Assembly (NCBI GenBank): GCA_008369845.1
Contig: MRSU01011412.1
Location: 1 to 46,960, forward strand
Length of the DNA: 46,960 nt
Direction of reading: 5' to 3'
Source: Trichomonas gallinae
Lineage: Eukaryota
The translations under genes and the position numbers were made by a program. How positions within the stretch are numbered: the first letter of the stretch is position 1; every line of letters begins with the position of its first letter. The notes below the pieces were generated by a model, which made no database searches, was not told the DNA's origin, and saw only the letters and a list, made by a program, of their open reading frames with translations. Positions 9,411 to 19,907 of the stretch are shown piece by piece.

Positions 9411-9965
9411 TTATTCGCCAAATAGGCATGCACAAACTGCTACTGCAAATGCTTGGAAAATTGATAAAGTTTGATATCTGGTAAGAATAAATTCATCTTG
9501 GTATTTTTGTTTTAACGATAGAACTATTTTATCCTTATATAGTATAGCAAAATCGAGTAAGTTACTGCTGCAGTTTTTGTTCATTTGAGGAATGAGATGT
9601 GAATCATCATTGTTTTGACCGTCAGGATTTAGAAAAACGTGTGGTAAATGGCAATCCCCAATCATTAGTAATCGATTTCTTATGTTGTCTCTTGAACAAA
9701 TTTCGAATGCATATTGCGAGGCCGTTTTTTCGATAATACCGATATAATGTTCTGAATTTTCGATGAATTTCAATGCACTTGTTGATACTATGTATTTTCC
9801 TGATTTATTGTCGATAATGCAAGAAAGAACTAATGATTCTTCGTCTCTTGTATATAAATAGTACTTAATTTCATCTTTTATCTTGCGCCTAGAGATAATG
9901 AAAGACCTCTCCGATATACCATCTGGTATTTCTAGGATATTTCGTTGAAAATCTTCCAAACTCAT
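9411..9965 (-). CDS. Tubby C-terminal domain-like protein
   Basis: 184 aa; C-terminus DEFILTRYQTLSIFQAFAVAVCA resembles the Tubby terminal motif (D.F.mdy.yPLsa.QAFai.ls). Confidence 0.7.
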   Translation of the reverse strand: MSLEDFQRNILEIPDGISERSFIISRRKIKDEIKYYLYTRDEESLVLSCIIDNKSGKYIVSTSALKFIENSEHYIGIIEKTASQYAFEICSRDNIRNRLLMIGDCHLPHVFLNPDGQNNDDSHLIPQMNKNCSSNLLDFAILYKDKIVLSLKQKYQDEFILTRYQTLSIFQAFAVAVCACLFGE

Positions 9966-10289
9966 TTTTCAAAATAATCTTTTTTTATCATTTTATTCAC
10001 GAATTTGATGTGTATAATGCGAATATATTATGTTTTTAACTTTAAAATGTGCTTATATGCTTTATTTCAAGAAATCAATCAAATATTGTTTTCTTTAGTT
10101 TCTGGTTTTTTGCTGCTATTATAGGTCTATATCGTCTACACTGTTGATTAAGGCAAACCACAATTTAACAACTAAAAAATAAAAAAAAAATTAAAACGTG
10201 ATTTATTATTTTAATAATCGGAACAATGAAAAAGGTTGATATTACAGTGGATCATCGTTTATAATGTCTCTATAAAAAAGTAATAACAT

Positions 10290-10646
10290 TTATCTGACAA
10301 GTTTGTTGATATACTCAAGATAAACTTCGAGTGTTTCGTCGCTGAGTCTTTCAAGAGAGCTTAAGCAAACCTTAGCAGCCTCTGCGCTTTGTGGAATCAA
10401 ATTGCATAATGTAACGATTTCGTATGTAGAGAGTGAGTCAGCGCAGAAAGACTTAATTGTTTCTAAGTCTTCGACATTTGAAATATGTGAAAATTCTGTT
10501 GCATATTCATAAGCTTGGCCAACAAGATCTTCATTGTTTGTATTTTCTAAGGCTGAAGCCTTAAGGCAGCGTGAAACTTCGAAGTTTGTGAGGCAAGTGT
10601 TCGATGCAATAAATCTCTCGTCGAATTTGATCTGGCTAACAGACAT
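10290..10646 (-). CDS. RPB4: RNA polymerase II subunit RPB4
   Basis: 118 aa; CLTNFEV and LSTYEIVTLCNLIPQSAEAAKVCLSSL match the RPB4 HRDC-like pattern (L..fE...L.NL.P...eea..l.psL). Confidence 0.8.
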   Translation of the reverse strand: MSVSQIKFDERFIASNTCLTNFEVSRCLKASALENTNNEDLVGQAYEYATEFSHISNVEDLETIKSFCADSLSTYEIVTLCNLIPQSAEAAKVCLSSLERLSDETLEVYLEYINKLVR

Positions 10647-10660
10647 TAAGAGATTTTAAA

Positions 10661-10665
10661 AGTGA
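10661..10665 (-). promoter_or_regulatory. Trichomonad Initiator (Inr) element TCACT for RPB4
   Basis: TGTCACTTTT on minus strand about 15 nt upstream of the ATG at 10646. Confidence 0.6.
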
Positions 10666-11131
10666 CAAACAAAAGTGACTATTTTGACTGCTTTATTTTT
10701 AGAAAATTACATGTCAAATATTATATTTACGAGACAAAAAAGCAAAAAAATCTTTTACGTATTTTATTAATTTCTTTTATCTAGATCAAATTCGAACATT
10801 ATTAAAATGAATTTTTGACGGCCGTCAGAAAAGTGATAAACAAAAGTGAAGATCATACCTGCCTTCTGCGAGAGCTAGCAAAAACCAATAGTGAGGAAGA
10901 ACTGAAATCTTATTTTCGCACTGAGTGAGTCATATATTAGAATTATAATATAGATAATCTTGGATTGATTTTAGTGATTTGATGAATAAATTGTTTTATG
11001 AAATTTTTACGTGTCAAATATATATTTACATGACAAAAAAATATTAGAAAAATCATATGAGCATTTTTATTTTAAATTTTTGTTTGTATTTACTTGTATT
11101 TAAATAATGATTTGTTAAAACAGAAAAATAA

Positions 11132-12154
11132 ATGTCTGAAGTTTTTACATCAAAAATTACGGAAGAAGAAAAGTCAGAGTTCAAAATTCAGATGCCCCCT
11201 AAAATCGTCATAGGGCCACTTAGGTTTTTTGAGCCTTATGACTTTACCTTCTCTACTGTTGCAAAGGGAAGATGGTATAATCGAAAACTCATTGACGTTT
11301 TTTCAGAAGAATTTAAGCGTGTACCACGTGCAACACTTGAAGATAGAATAAAACAAGGAAAAATACTTGTAAATGGCAAACAAATTTCACTCGATTATGT
11401 TATTCAACAGCATGATAAGATTTTGCACACAGCACCTAGAATTGAATCTCCTACATATAACGTTGATCCACATGTAATTGGTGAAACTGATGAATTTATT
11501 GCAATTTATAAACCAGCTTCATTACCAATTCATGCAACTGGCGGATACTTCTATAATTCTCTTATAAAACAGATAGGCACGCATTATTTCCCAGTTCACA
11601 GACTAGATAGAGTCACATCTGGAATTATTGTTATGGCCAAGTCAATGCAAGCAGCAAAGAAGTTCACGGAAATGCTCGATGCAAATAAAATCAATAAAAC
11701 GTATGTTGCACGTGTGCTCGGCCAGTTTCCAGCAGAAAAGAAAATAGTTGATCTTCCAATTTTGGAATCCAAAGATTCTCGTGCTAAAATGCAATGTGGA
11801 GAAGGTGGTAAAGAGTCCAAAACAGAGTTTGAATTAATTAAAACAAATGGAAAAGAAAGTATTGTAAGATGTCATCCAATTACTGGAAGAACTCATCAGA
11901 TTCGCGTCCATTTAGCTGCAATTGGTTTCCCAATCTCTAATGATACATTCTATGGTGGCACTGAGCTCTCTATAACACAGGAAGAGAATCAGGCGCTAAC
12001 AGAAGCAAAATCTAGAGGTTTGCTCGCTGAAGAAATAGAAGCTGAATGGCTGAATCACGAAATATCCTTCCAAATATACCTTCGCTCCGTCCACTACCAA
12101 TGCGATCTCTTTGATTTCGAAATAGAAATGCCTGAATGGGCAAAATTAGACTGA
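11132..12154 (+). CDS. RluA-family pseudouridine synthase (RPUSD2/Pus8-Pus9-like)
   Basis: 340 aa; PYxFTF...KGRW N-terminus, S4-like segment, KPASLPIH, catalytic HRLDRVTSG, TGRTHQIRVHL. Confidence 0.92.
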   Translation: MSEVFTSKITEEEKSEFKIQMPPKIVIGPLRFFEPYDFTFSTVAKGRWYNRKLIDVFSEEFKRVPRATLEDRIKQGKILVNGKQISLDYVIQQHDKILHTAPRIESPTYNVDPHVIGETDEFIAIYKPASLPIHATGGYFYNSLIKQIGTHYFPVHRLDRVTSGIIVMAKSMQAAKKFTEMLDANKINKTYVARVLGQFPAEKKIVDLPILESKDSRAKMQCGEGGKESKTEFELIKTNGKESIVRCHPITGRTHQIRVHLAAIGFPISNDTFYGGTELSITQEENQALTEAKSRGLLAEEIEAEWLNHEISFQIYLRSVHYQCDLFDFEIEMPEWAKLD

Positions 12155-12289
12155 TTTGTATATATTATTGTATTGTTTATAAATATATTAGATTACATAT
12201 TATATCCTTTCATACAACAAATCTAAGCATACAAAGAAAAAAAACATTTGAAATTCATTAATACATATATTTAAAGACTAAGCAAATAA

Positions 12290-12582
12290 AAATTAATTAT
12301 AATTCAAGATTTTTCATCGATATGAAGGATGTTGAGTAATCATTACAAATGATATTTTTTGATAATCATTAATTAACATTTTTAAAGAACAAGTATGTGA
12401 AAATTACTTATAACCTGAGATTTTAAATCGATATGAATGATGTTATATTATAATTACAGATGATATTTTTAGATCTTCAATAATTATCATTTTTAAAGAA
12501 TATTCATGTGAAAATTATTTATAATTCGTGAATTTAAATCGATATGAATCATGATGTGATATGATTGCGAATGATATTTTTC
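12290..12582. repeat. Degenerate tandem repeat, 111-bp period, about 2.6 copies
   Basis: Anchor ATCGATATGAA at 12316, 12427, 12538; shared blocks ATGATATTTTT, CATTTTTAAAGAA, ATGTGAAAATTA. Confidence 0.85.
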
Positions 12583-12793
12583 AAAATCAAAAATCAATTT
12601 AGATGAACCATTTTTTGTGATACAATTAGATTATATAAGTAATATATAATTGAAATAGATGATTTAAATGCTAAATTTGATGAAAATTTGGAAAATTTAA
12701 TATCATGATCCATTTTTAAAGTGATAAAACCGTAAAGCAGGCCATGGTGTATCTAAAATGATTGGAAAATTGTGAGTTTGAGAGGAACAATTG

Positions 12794-15700
12794 ATGAGTG
12801 ATTTATTCCCTAGTGAAACCCCTTTAACCAAGGAAATTTTACAGGGGTTTTACAAAGATAGGTTGAATAATGATCAATTTTTCATCACCTTCATCAAGAA
12901 TCATGGTTTACGGTTGTTTTTCGAGAATGTTTTCATCAAAAATGATAATGTTTCGCTAGGAAAGATCGCTACATCAATATTCGTTATTTATCCGAACAGT
13001 AAACTATATTCCAACTTCAATGCATCGAGTGTAGTTAAGTATTTCAGATCAACATTGTCGAGTGGAAAAATTCGCGCTACAATGTCCGAAACAGCAGCTG
13101 TTTTCATATCTACAATCATTTCGTTTATATCTCCTTACAATAAAAACCTCACATCAATGATAATGAAAAATATGTTTCAGACATTTCACAATTTTGTGCA
13201 TACAAACTGCACGAATGTCTATGGGCACTGCTTTACACAACTCCTGAAATCATACAACGACGATTTGATGCCACCACCAAATATCACGATATACAAAGCC
13301 TTACAAGCTGAATTTGACGCCTGTCCTGAGGCCAGATCGTCAATATTCGAGGCGATACTTGATTGTGCGCTAACAATTCCTAATGCTTTAGCTCCTTTAA
13401 ACAAAGCAATAAGAATTGGTTTCTGGTTTAACTGTGGAACAGCATCATTGAACCAAGTAATCTGGTTTATGACGAAAATTAATGAGAAAGACCCATCATC
13501 AGTCACTCAGTGCATTCCATTCATGCTCAAAGCTCTTTTGGCGAAATGCTGCGATTTTGAGTTCCTTGTTAAAGCTGTAAATATAATCGACGAGCAGCTT
13601 CAGCTTGGATACATTAATGTGGCTACATTATTGGAGTGGAATTTCCTCTCTGCTTTTATTTTAGGAGTTCCTGAAAATTATTTAATCGATCTATTCACGC
13701 AACTGCCAGCATTCATGCATATTTCTGTTGAAATATTCTCACTCCCTGGATCTGTATCATTCAGACCATCAGTTTTCCAAAAAGTTACTGCATTAGCAAG
13801 TTATTTTCCAAATTCAACGCAATTCGTCGGAATTTGCACTGGATTCTTTATTGCTGATCCAACAAGCATGAATATGAAGCTTTTGCTGCAAGCATCTGAG
13901 TTTACAAAAGATCCTTCTTTATTAAGATCGTTAATCGTTGTCTTTGGTACAAAGCGTGAAACTCCGAAGATATTTGTATCTATTGGAGGCATTGCATGGC
14001 TGTTTAATCAGTTTAACACAGGATTTTTATCCGCAGATATTATTGCTGACGTTACTGGCTCTTTAGTTGCATATGGTGGCTTCCCTGAACTTGAAGACTG
14101 TATCTGGAACCTACCAAAAGACTCCCCTTTCTTCTCTTTGCCTCAACATTTAATCGAAAAAATGATTTACGGCACAAATCACTCAAAATACAGACCAATC
14201 CGCACATATTCAATGTACCCTTACTTCAAGCAGTCGAAAGTTTTAGATCCTTACAATGCATATATCCTCGGTAGATATTATTTAAACAGATTCATAAAAG
14301 ATGGCGGTGATCTTTTCGAATGCCCATGCATTACGCAGATTGCTAACCAATATATGGATCCAAAACACATCAAAACAATTATTTCGCGTCCATATTCAAT
14401 AGAAATGTTCTGCGACACTAAAAAGGACCATTTTCCGCTATTTCAGTTCTATCCGAGAAGCCAGGAGTCGAGTTTCCAAATGAATTATACAATGATTTCA
14501 TTTTGGTTTAAATTTATGGACAAAATCGAAAGTTCTACGTGGTTTTTCCAGGCAGATGACTTTGAACTTGCTTTTGTTAACAAGGATCTTGCACTTTGTG
14601 CATCAGGATCAATCACAACTGTTCCAATTGATCAGCAAAAATGGAATTTGTGCGTAATTAAGATACAACCTTATCTGATGTCAACAGGAATTATTATAAA
14701 CATAAATGATAGTCAATATACTATCGAAATGAAACAAAAGCGTCAAAATCTTTCATTTGCGAATTTCAGGTCTGTTGGGCAAACTGTGATGTTCATTGGA
14801 TCGGCAATAAGACTCTTCAAAGCTCCACCAAATATAGCAAACATTTTATCGCTTGGTCCGAGATATATAAATTATACATCTGGAAATCCTGAAGACAAAA
14901 TCATCACACCAACAGTTCTCGAAGAAAAAATGTTGAATATTAATTTTACAAGAGGAGACAACTGCTTCCTCGTTCAATATTACGGATTACCTTTGCATTT
15001 TGTTTCTATTGCGAAAATCAGAAAATTAATCAGCTTCTTGCAGAAGTCAAAGAGTCCTGAAGACTTTAATGCGCTTCTCAGGACTATTTTAAGCATTTGC
15101 GAAATCACAAAAATTAATTTCCGAAGAATTTGGCCTCTTCTCTTGTCAACGATCATGAAGTGCCAGGGTCTTCTAACATCAGAGCTTTTTGACGAAACAC
15201 TCAGAAGAATTTCTAAAATATTAGATGTCAAGAAAATTATTGGATCTATCGTATATAACTCAGAACTTTGGAGTGCAAGTAATCATGTTATTGCAATCAA
15301 TGATATCATTAACTCTCTTTTCAGAAACTTTTCATCTTATAATCTCCATATGATTGATAACTTCGAGCTTTTCCTTGTGCAATGTATTGTCAGCAACCCA
15401 ACAAAATCAAAGGAAATATTTGGAGCACTATTTAGTAATGTTCAAAATATGCCTTTATTCATGAAATACATTACAGCTGTTTTAAAAGTTGCTCCACAGA
15501 TATACAGCCAGTCTATATCATGGGATTCACTTGAATTTAGAGATGAAAGACAAGTTCAATTTTCAATTATCCAATCATTGAGTAAACTCGTTAATGAAGA
15601 GACATATGAGCTTGTTGTCAATGCTCTTCCGTTTGAGGACCTACTTTCATTGATGGTTGTTTCTTCTAGAAATTTTGCTTTCGAGATCTTCTTATTGATG

Positions 15701-18700
15701 ACGAAAATGACTAAATTCGATATCGACTATCTGCAAGTCAACGAAATATTAGAGATGGAAGTCGCCACGATTGCAGATCAGCCAACTGTCTGGAGTGAAG
15801 CCATCGAGCTAATTATCAGAGGTCAAAACGCGATCCCTAGAAGAGACTTTTTCTCGCTTGGTGTAATAATGATATGGGCCGGCTCCGTTTGCATGGTCCA
15901 CATGTATTCATACAATCTAGAATTCACGCATCACTTAGATGAACTGAATTCTTTGTTGACTGGCATGATAGACTTGTGTGCGCAAAACATCAGCATCGTT
16001 TTAAGCAGCCCGCACAATGTTCAGATGATTTCGCTTTTGTATCCATTGATTCTTCATCACGGCAGGCTATTCAAATCGTTTATAGAAGACGAGACAGTCA
16101 ACTATGACCCTTCACTTGACACTTTCTCCATACAAAACATCCCTGTCAATAAAAGTATGTGGATAGATTACGACGAAATCATCAAAAACATAGTACCTGG
16201 TGTTCTGTCAAAACCGCCTTTGCCATCGCAATACATCATCGAAAAGATTTCGATTGTTTTGCAGAGAAACGGATTCCAGCTTCCAATGCCCACAGTACAA
16301 GAGAACCATGAGACAGTTATATCATGGTTTGCTGGATCAAAAGTCATCATGTTCCTGACAGATTTGATTTTGTTTGCGCAACAACCGATTTTCTCTCAAA
16401 TTTTTGAATCAATGTTCTTCAAATTCGCTTTAATGACATCGCAGAGACTTGATCCATTTATTCCAACACTTGTCCACTCCGTTCTATCTAGGATTCCAAT
16501 CTGCTACACTCCAACGCTTCCATTCAGGCAGTTATTCAAGTACATTCATGCTCTTGTTGGACTGCAGTTTCTGTCTGAGTCAGCTTTGTTAGTTCTCGCT
16601 GATATTTTCACTGCTGCGACAGTAATAGTCTCAAAGCAAGGAGAAGCTGGCCTGCAGAGCTACACAAACGATTTGCATCCAATCATTTTGTATCTGTTCC
16701 AGAATATACACTTCGAGAGTTATTCGTATGTTTTCAATTTATTAATACAAAATGCCCAACTGTTTTACTTGATTATTCAGTCTGAACAGTCCCTCCCTGC
16801 GTGGATATTCACATTCAACATGCCGAACATGCAGTCAGGAAAGTTTGAGAGCTTCATCAAAAGATTTTTGACATCAGGAAAATTCACGAAAGAGGAAGAA
16901 GATCTATTGAACGCTTTATTGCTAAAGAAGCCGAACGTAAAGTGCGATGAAGAGATCCCAAGGCTGACAGAGAACAGGTGGAAGGAATTGTCAAGCGACT
17001 TCCAGACGAAATTCCAGAGGATAGTCAAAGAACTCAAAGACATCGGAACAAGATCGCCAATTGTTCCACCCGCTTTTCCAATCGAATGGCACAGAATAAG
17101 ATACACGACAAACACCACTCACTTCCTCTACGCGCACTTACTCAGCCATTCTTTGAGATTTATCCAGTCAACAGTCCAGCTTTTGGAAGAAAGGCTGCAG
17201 TGGAGGTCATTGAATTTCGATCTGGAAGATGAAGGAAATGATGTCAATAATTTCAATCCTAAATCATATCAACTGTCATTGAGTTCATTTCCTTACTGCC
17301 CTCCGCGTTTGGTTGTTCCTTCTCCGTACTTCGATGGCGACAACATGGAGCCTACGAGGATACACAGAGATCACATGAAATTCATCAGGTCTACCGCCAG
17401 AGATTTGCACTTAAATATGTTCGAACTGTTCACTAAGGACAAAGTCAACAAGTTTGGACAACTCTTGGCAACGAAAAACGTCAAACTCGAAAGACTTTCA
17501 AAGCCGATTCCTTCCATTTTGTTCTGCTTCAATAAGGCGATTTTTATCCTGACATACGCGATGATAAATGAAGACAACGATATTGAGATTCTGCCTGTTT
17601 TAGACAGTAACCAGTTCAACTCATTCCTGGAACAAGTTTTCATTGGCCAGTGGGGAGACACGAGCATATTCGCGAGAAAAGTCGTCCTGAAGATTTACTC
17701 GAGGCAAGTATTGTATGTTCAGCCACTCAAAAATGACTCTGTTGCTATCTGGACATTCCAGCATGGAAACTTCATATTGAGAATGACAGCGGAAGACGTT
17801 GAATCACTTCGCATGTTCTTCTCGAGACTGAACGCAATCGCGATTTCGATTATGCCTCCTCTGCCGATGCTGCACAAGTTCAGGAGCTCAGTCGAAATCG
17901 AGCAAATGTGGGGCAGCGGAAAAATATCTACAATGCAAGCTTTGCTGGTTTTGAATGCGAAAGAAAGCCGGTCGTTTGCTCTTTTGGACAGTTTCCCTGT
18001 TTTCCCGTCTGTCTTCAATGACACAGGAATTTTCCCTCCGAGACTTAATACGATCAAAGAAGGCTCGCGCTCTAAATTCCCGACTCCGAAGCAAATCGCT
18101 TACTCAATGCGCCAATTAAGTCCTTTCTCTTCGTTCGAGCAAGACTCAGAGACGCCACTTCAGATGCTTCCTGTTTTGTATTTCACTCTACCTGAGTCTC
18201 ACCCTTCAATTCCTGGCGACATCAAATCTCCTTCAATTTACATTCCATTCCTCCAAAACGCTCTTGAAAATCCGCAGTTCAGACCTTCAGTGATAAACTT
18301 CGCTCAGTCAACATTCGACTTTTCTCCTGAGAGGAAAGTTCCAAAGAAGCACAAACCGTTTGTTTCTATCGCTTCACCTGATATTATGCATTTCTACCAG
18401 CAAGTTCAAATCGCAAGCAATGATTCATCATCACAGCAATATACTCTTTTCTTCGACAACGATAGATTGATCAAATCTTCACCTCTCAGCGCATCACTAA
18501 ACTCAGTAAGATCAGCTGTTGTCAGTCTTGAAAGGAGCTCGTGCATTCTTAGGATATATGACACGAAAACTCTTGAGACATCTGTACAAGAGACAAACGA
18601 AATCTTTTCCTATGCTTCGAATCTTTCTGTCTCAGAAAATGGAATTTTGTTATGCGTCGATTATGAATTTGGGCAAACAACTGTTTACAAGATTATATAC

Positions 18701-19399
18701 ACCTCCAATTTCCCTGTCTCATTCGATTTAGTTGCTAAACTCAGCTGGGAGTCTGGCAGCCCTCGGTCGACTGTCTCAGGCATTGACTGGCTCTGCGCTA
18801 CAACTCTCGATAACACGCTAGTCATCTGGAACGTTTTCACGAGAAGAATTCACAGAATGCTGACACTGCCTTCGCAGATTTTGTTCACTGCTTTCGATGA
18901 ATTAGTTTCTGGTTTATGGGTTGTAACAAACGAGAAAATTTCATTCATGGACGTCAACGGCACAGAACTAGTTTTCATGGACTTGCAGACTAAAGTCACA
19001 GCATTCACCACTGTATCTCTCCCGTTCGAGGGATTCAAGAGATCGGCGATAGCCGGACTTGAGAGCGGCGAAATTTTGCTCCTTTCTCTCAACCTAGAAA
19101 AAATGGTGATCTTCAGCAAAATTTTGGCTTCGCCGCATACAAAAGCGATTTTGCAGATCTCCATACACCAGTCTCTTAAAGGGTTCATGTCCATCGATGC
19201 GAGTGGATCTGCTTACATGTGGTTCGGTCACTCAATTGGTTCTCCAAGACTCAAACAATCACTTTTCATAAAATGTCCTATTTGTGGCGGAAAAATCGTT
19301 TCTTACTGCGAGCAATGCCACAGGATGGTTTGCGAGAAGTGTTTGGTGCAAGGAACAAATGCATGCTCTATGTGTTTCGCAATAAGTTCCTACAAATAA
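12794..19399 (+). CDS. Large Beige/BEACH-family-like protein (degenerate BEACH, WD40-like region, C-terminal zinc finger)
   Basis: About 2201 aa from ATG 12794; ConA-like ISFWFK/KWNLCVI segment; MWGSGKISTMQALLVLNAKESRSFALLDSFPVFP matches BEACH start (W..g.ISnf.YL..LN..agRsf.dl.qyPVFP); beta-rich WD-like repeats; terminal CPIC-CEQC-CEKC-CSMC. Confidence 0.8.
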   Translation: MSDLFPSETPLTKEILQGFYKDRLNNDQFFITFIKNHGLRLFFENVFIKNDNVSLGKIATSIFVIYPNSKLYSNFNASSVVKYFRSTLSSGKIRATMSETAAVFISTIISFISPYNKNLTSMIMKNMFQTFHNFVHTNCTNVYGHCFTQLLKSYNDDLMPPPNITIYKALQAEFDACPEARSSIFEAILDCALTIPNALAPLNKAIRIGFWFNCGTASLNQVIWFMTKINEKDPSSVTQCIPFMLKALLAKCCDFEFLVKAVNIIDEQLQLGYINVATLLEWNFLSAFILGVPENYLIDLFTQLPAFMHISVEIFSLPGSVSFRPSVFQKVTALASYFPNSTQFVGICTGFFIADPTSMNMKLLLQASEFTKDPSLLRSLIVVFGTKRETPKIFVSIGGIAWLFNQFNTGFLSADIIADVTGSLVAYGGFPELEDCIWNLPKDSPFFSLPQHLIEKMIYGTNHSKYRPIRTYSMYPYFKQSKVLDPYNAYILGRYYLNRFIKDGGDLFECPCITQIANQYMDPKHIKTIISRPYSIEMFCDTKKDHFPLFQFYPRSQESSFQMNYTMISFWFKFMDKIESSTWFFQADDFELAFVNKDLALCASGSITTVPIDQQKWNLCVIKIQPYLMSTGIIININDSQYTIEMKQKRQNLSFANFRSVGQTVMFIGSAIRLFKAPPNIANILSLGPRYINYTSGNPEDKIITPTVLEEKMLNINFTRGDNCFLVQYYGLPLHFVSIAKIRKLISFLQKSKSPEDFNALLRTILSICEITKINFRRIWPLLLSTIMKCQGLLTSELFDETLRRISKILDVKKIIGSIVYNSELWSASNHVIAINDIINSLFRNFSSYNLHMIDNFELFLVQCIVSNPTKSKEIFGALFSNVQNMPLFMKYITAVLKVAPQIYSQSISWDSLEFRDERQVQFSIIQSLSKLVNEETYELVVNALPFEDLLSLMVVSSRNFAFEIFLLMTKMTKFDIDYLQVNEILEMEVATIADQPTVWSEAIELIIRGQNAIPRRDFFSLGVIMIWAGSVCMVHMYSYNLEFTHHLDELNSLLTGMIDLCAQNISIVLSSPHNVQMISLLYPLILHHGRLFKSFIEDETVNYDPSLDTFSIQNIPVNKSMWIDYDEIIKNIVPGVLSKPPLPSQYIIEKISIVLQRNGFQLPMPTVQENHETVISWFAGSKVIMFLTDLILFAQQPIFSQIFESMFFKFALMTSQRLDPFIPTLVHSVLSRIPICYTPTLPFRQLFKYIHALVGLQFLSESALLVLADIFTAATVIVSKQGEAGLQSYTNDLHPIILYLFQNIHFESYSYVFNLLIQNAQLFYLIIQSEQSLPAWIFTFNMPNMQSGKFESFIKRFLTSGKFTKEEEDLLNALLLKKPNVKCDEEIPRLTENRWKELSSDFQTKFQRIVKELKDIGTRSPIVPPAFPIEWHRIRYTTNTTHFLYAHLLSHSLRFIQSTVQLLEERLQWRSLNFDLEDEGNDVNNFNPKSYQLSLSSFPYCPPRLVVPSPYFDGDNMEPTRIHRDHMKFIRSTARDLHLNMFELFTKDKVNKFGQLLATKNVKLERLSKPIPSILFCFNKAIFILTYAMINEDNDIEILPVLDSNQFNSFLEQVFIGQWGDTSIFARKVVLKIYSRQVLYVQPLKNDSVAIWTFQHGNFILRMTAEDVESLRMFFSRLNAIAISIMPPLPMLHKFRSSVEIEQMWGSGKISTMQALLVLNAKESRSFALLDSFPVFPSVFNDTGIFPPRLNTIKEGSRSKFPTPKQIAYSMRQLSPFSSFEQDSETPLQMLPVLYFTLPESHPSIPGDIKSPSIYIPFLQNALENPQFRPSVINFAQSTFDFSPERKVPKKHKPFVSIASPDIMHFYQQVQIASNDSSSQQYTLFFDNDRLIKSSPLSASLNSVRSAVVSLERSSCILRIYDTKTLETSVQETNEIFSYASNLSVSENGILLCVDYEFGQTTVYKIIYTSNFPVSFDLVAKLSWESGSPRSTVSGIDWLCATTLDNTLVIWNVFTRRIHRMLTLPSQILFTAFDELVSGLWVVTNEKISFMDVNGTELVFMDLQTKVTAFTTVSLPFEGFKRSAIAGLESGEILLLSLNLEKMVIFSKILASPHTKAILQISIHQSLKGFMSIDASGSAYMWFGHSIGSPRLKQSLFIKCPICGGKIVSYCEQCHRMVCEKCLVQGTNACSMCFAISSYK

Positions 19400-19907
19400 T
19401 ATATTTGTTGTTTTATATATATAAAATTGTTATTTTTGATAAATATGTTAATATATAACTAATGCTAGCATATTTAATAGATGTTGACTAATGAGTTTGC
19501 AATCGTGAGCATTGAAAGTTGTCTCTGTTCATTACTATAGCATAAAGATTTTGTCTTTTCTTAATTATTATTGACAATGAATATATGATATATATTTGAC
19601 TTTTTTCCACGCAACCAAAACTTCTTTTTTTGTAGGTGTCATCCCCGCGCGATTATCACACTTTCATTGTGGTTGTAAGTGATAGATTCAAATATGGAAA
19701 AATCTGATCGATACGTGAAATTAAACTTTTCGAAATTAAAGCACAATTATATAAATCTCGAACATCATTATATCATAAATATTACAATCCATTCTTTATT
19801 TTATATAATAAAACGAAATGGAAATATGTTTGTACTCATGTATATAACACTATATAAATGATATGAAACACAGTCAGTAATAAAAACGATATACAAACAA
19901 TTTTTAA

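Noticed and set aside
10846..10990. U3 snoRNA (GAGGAAGA, GAGTGAG, TGATGA words)
   Set aside because: No box A complementary to the SSU rRNA 5' end and no terminal box D at a suitable position.
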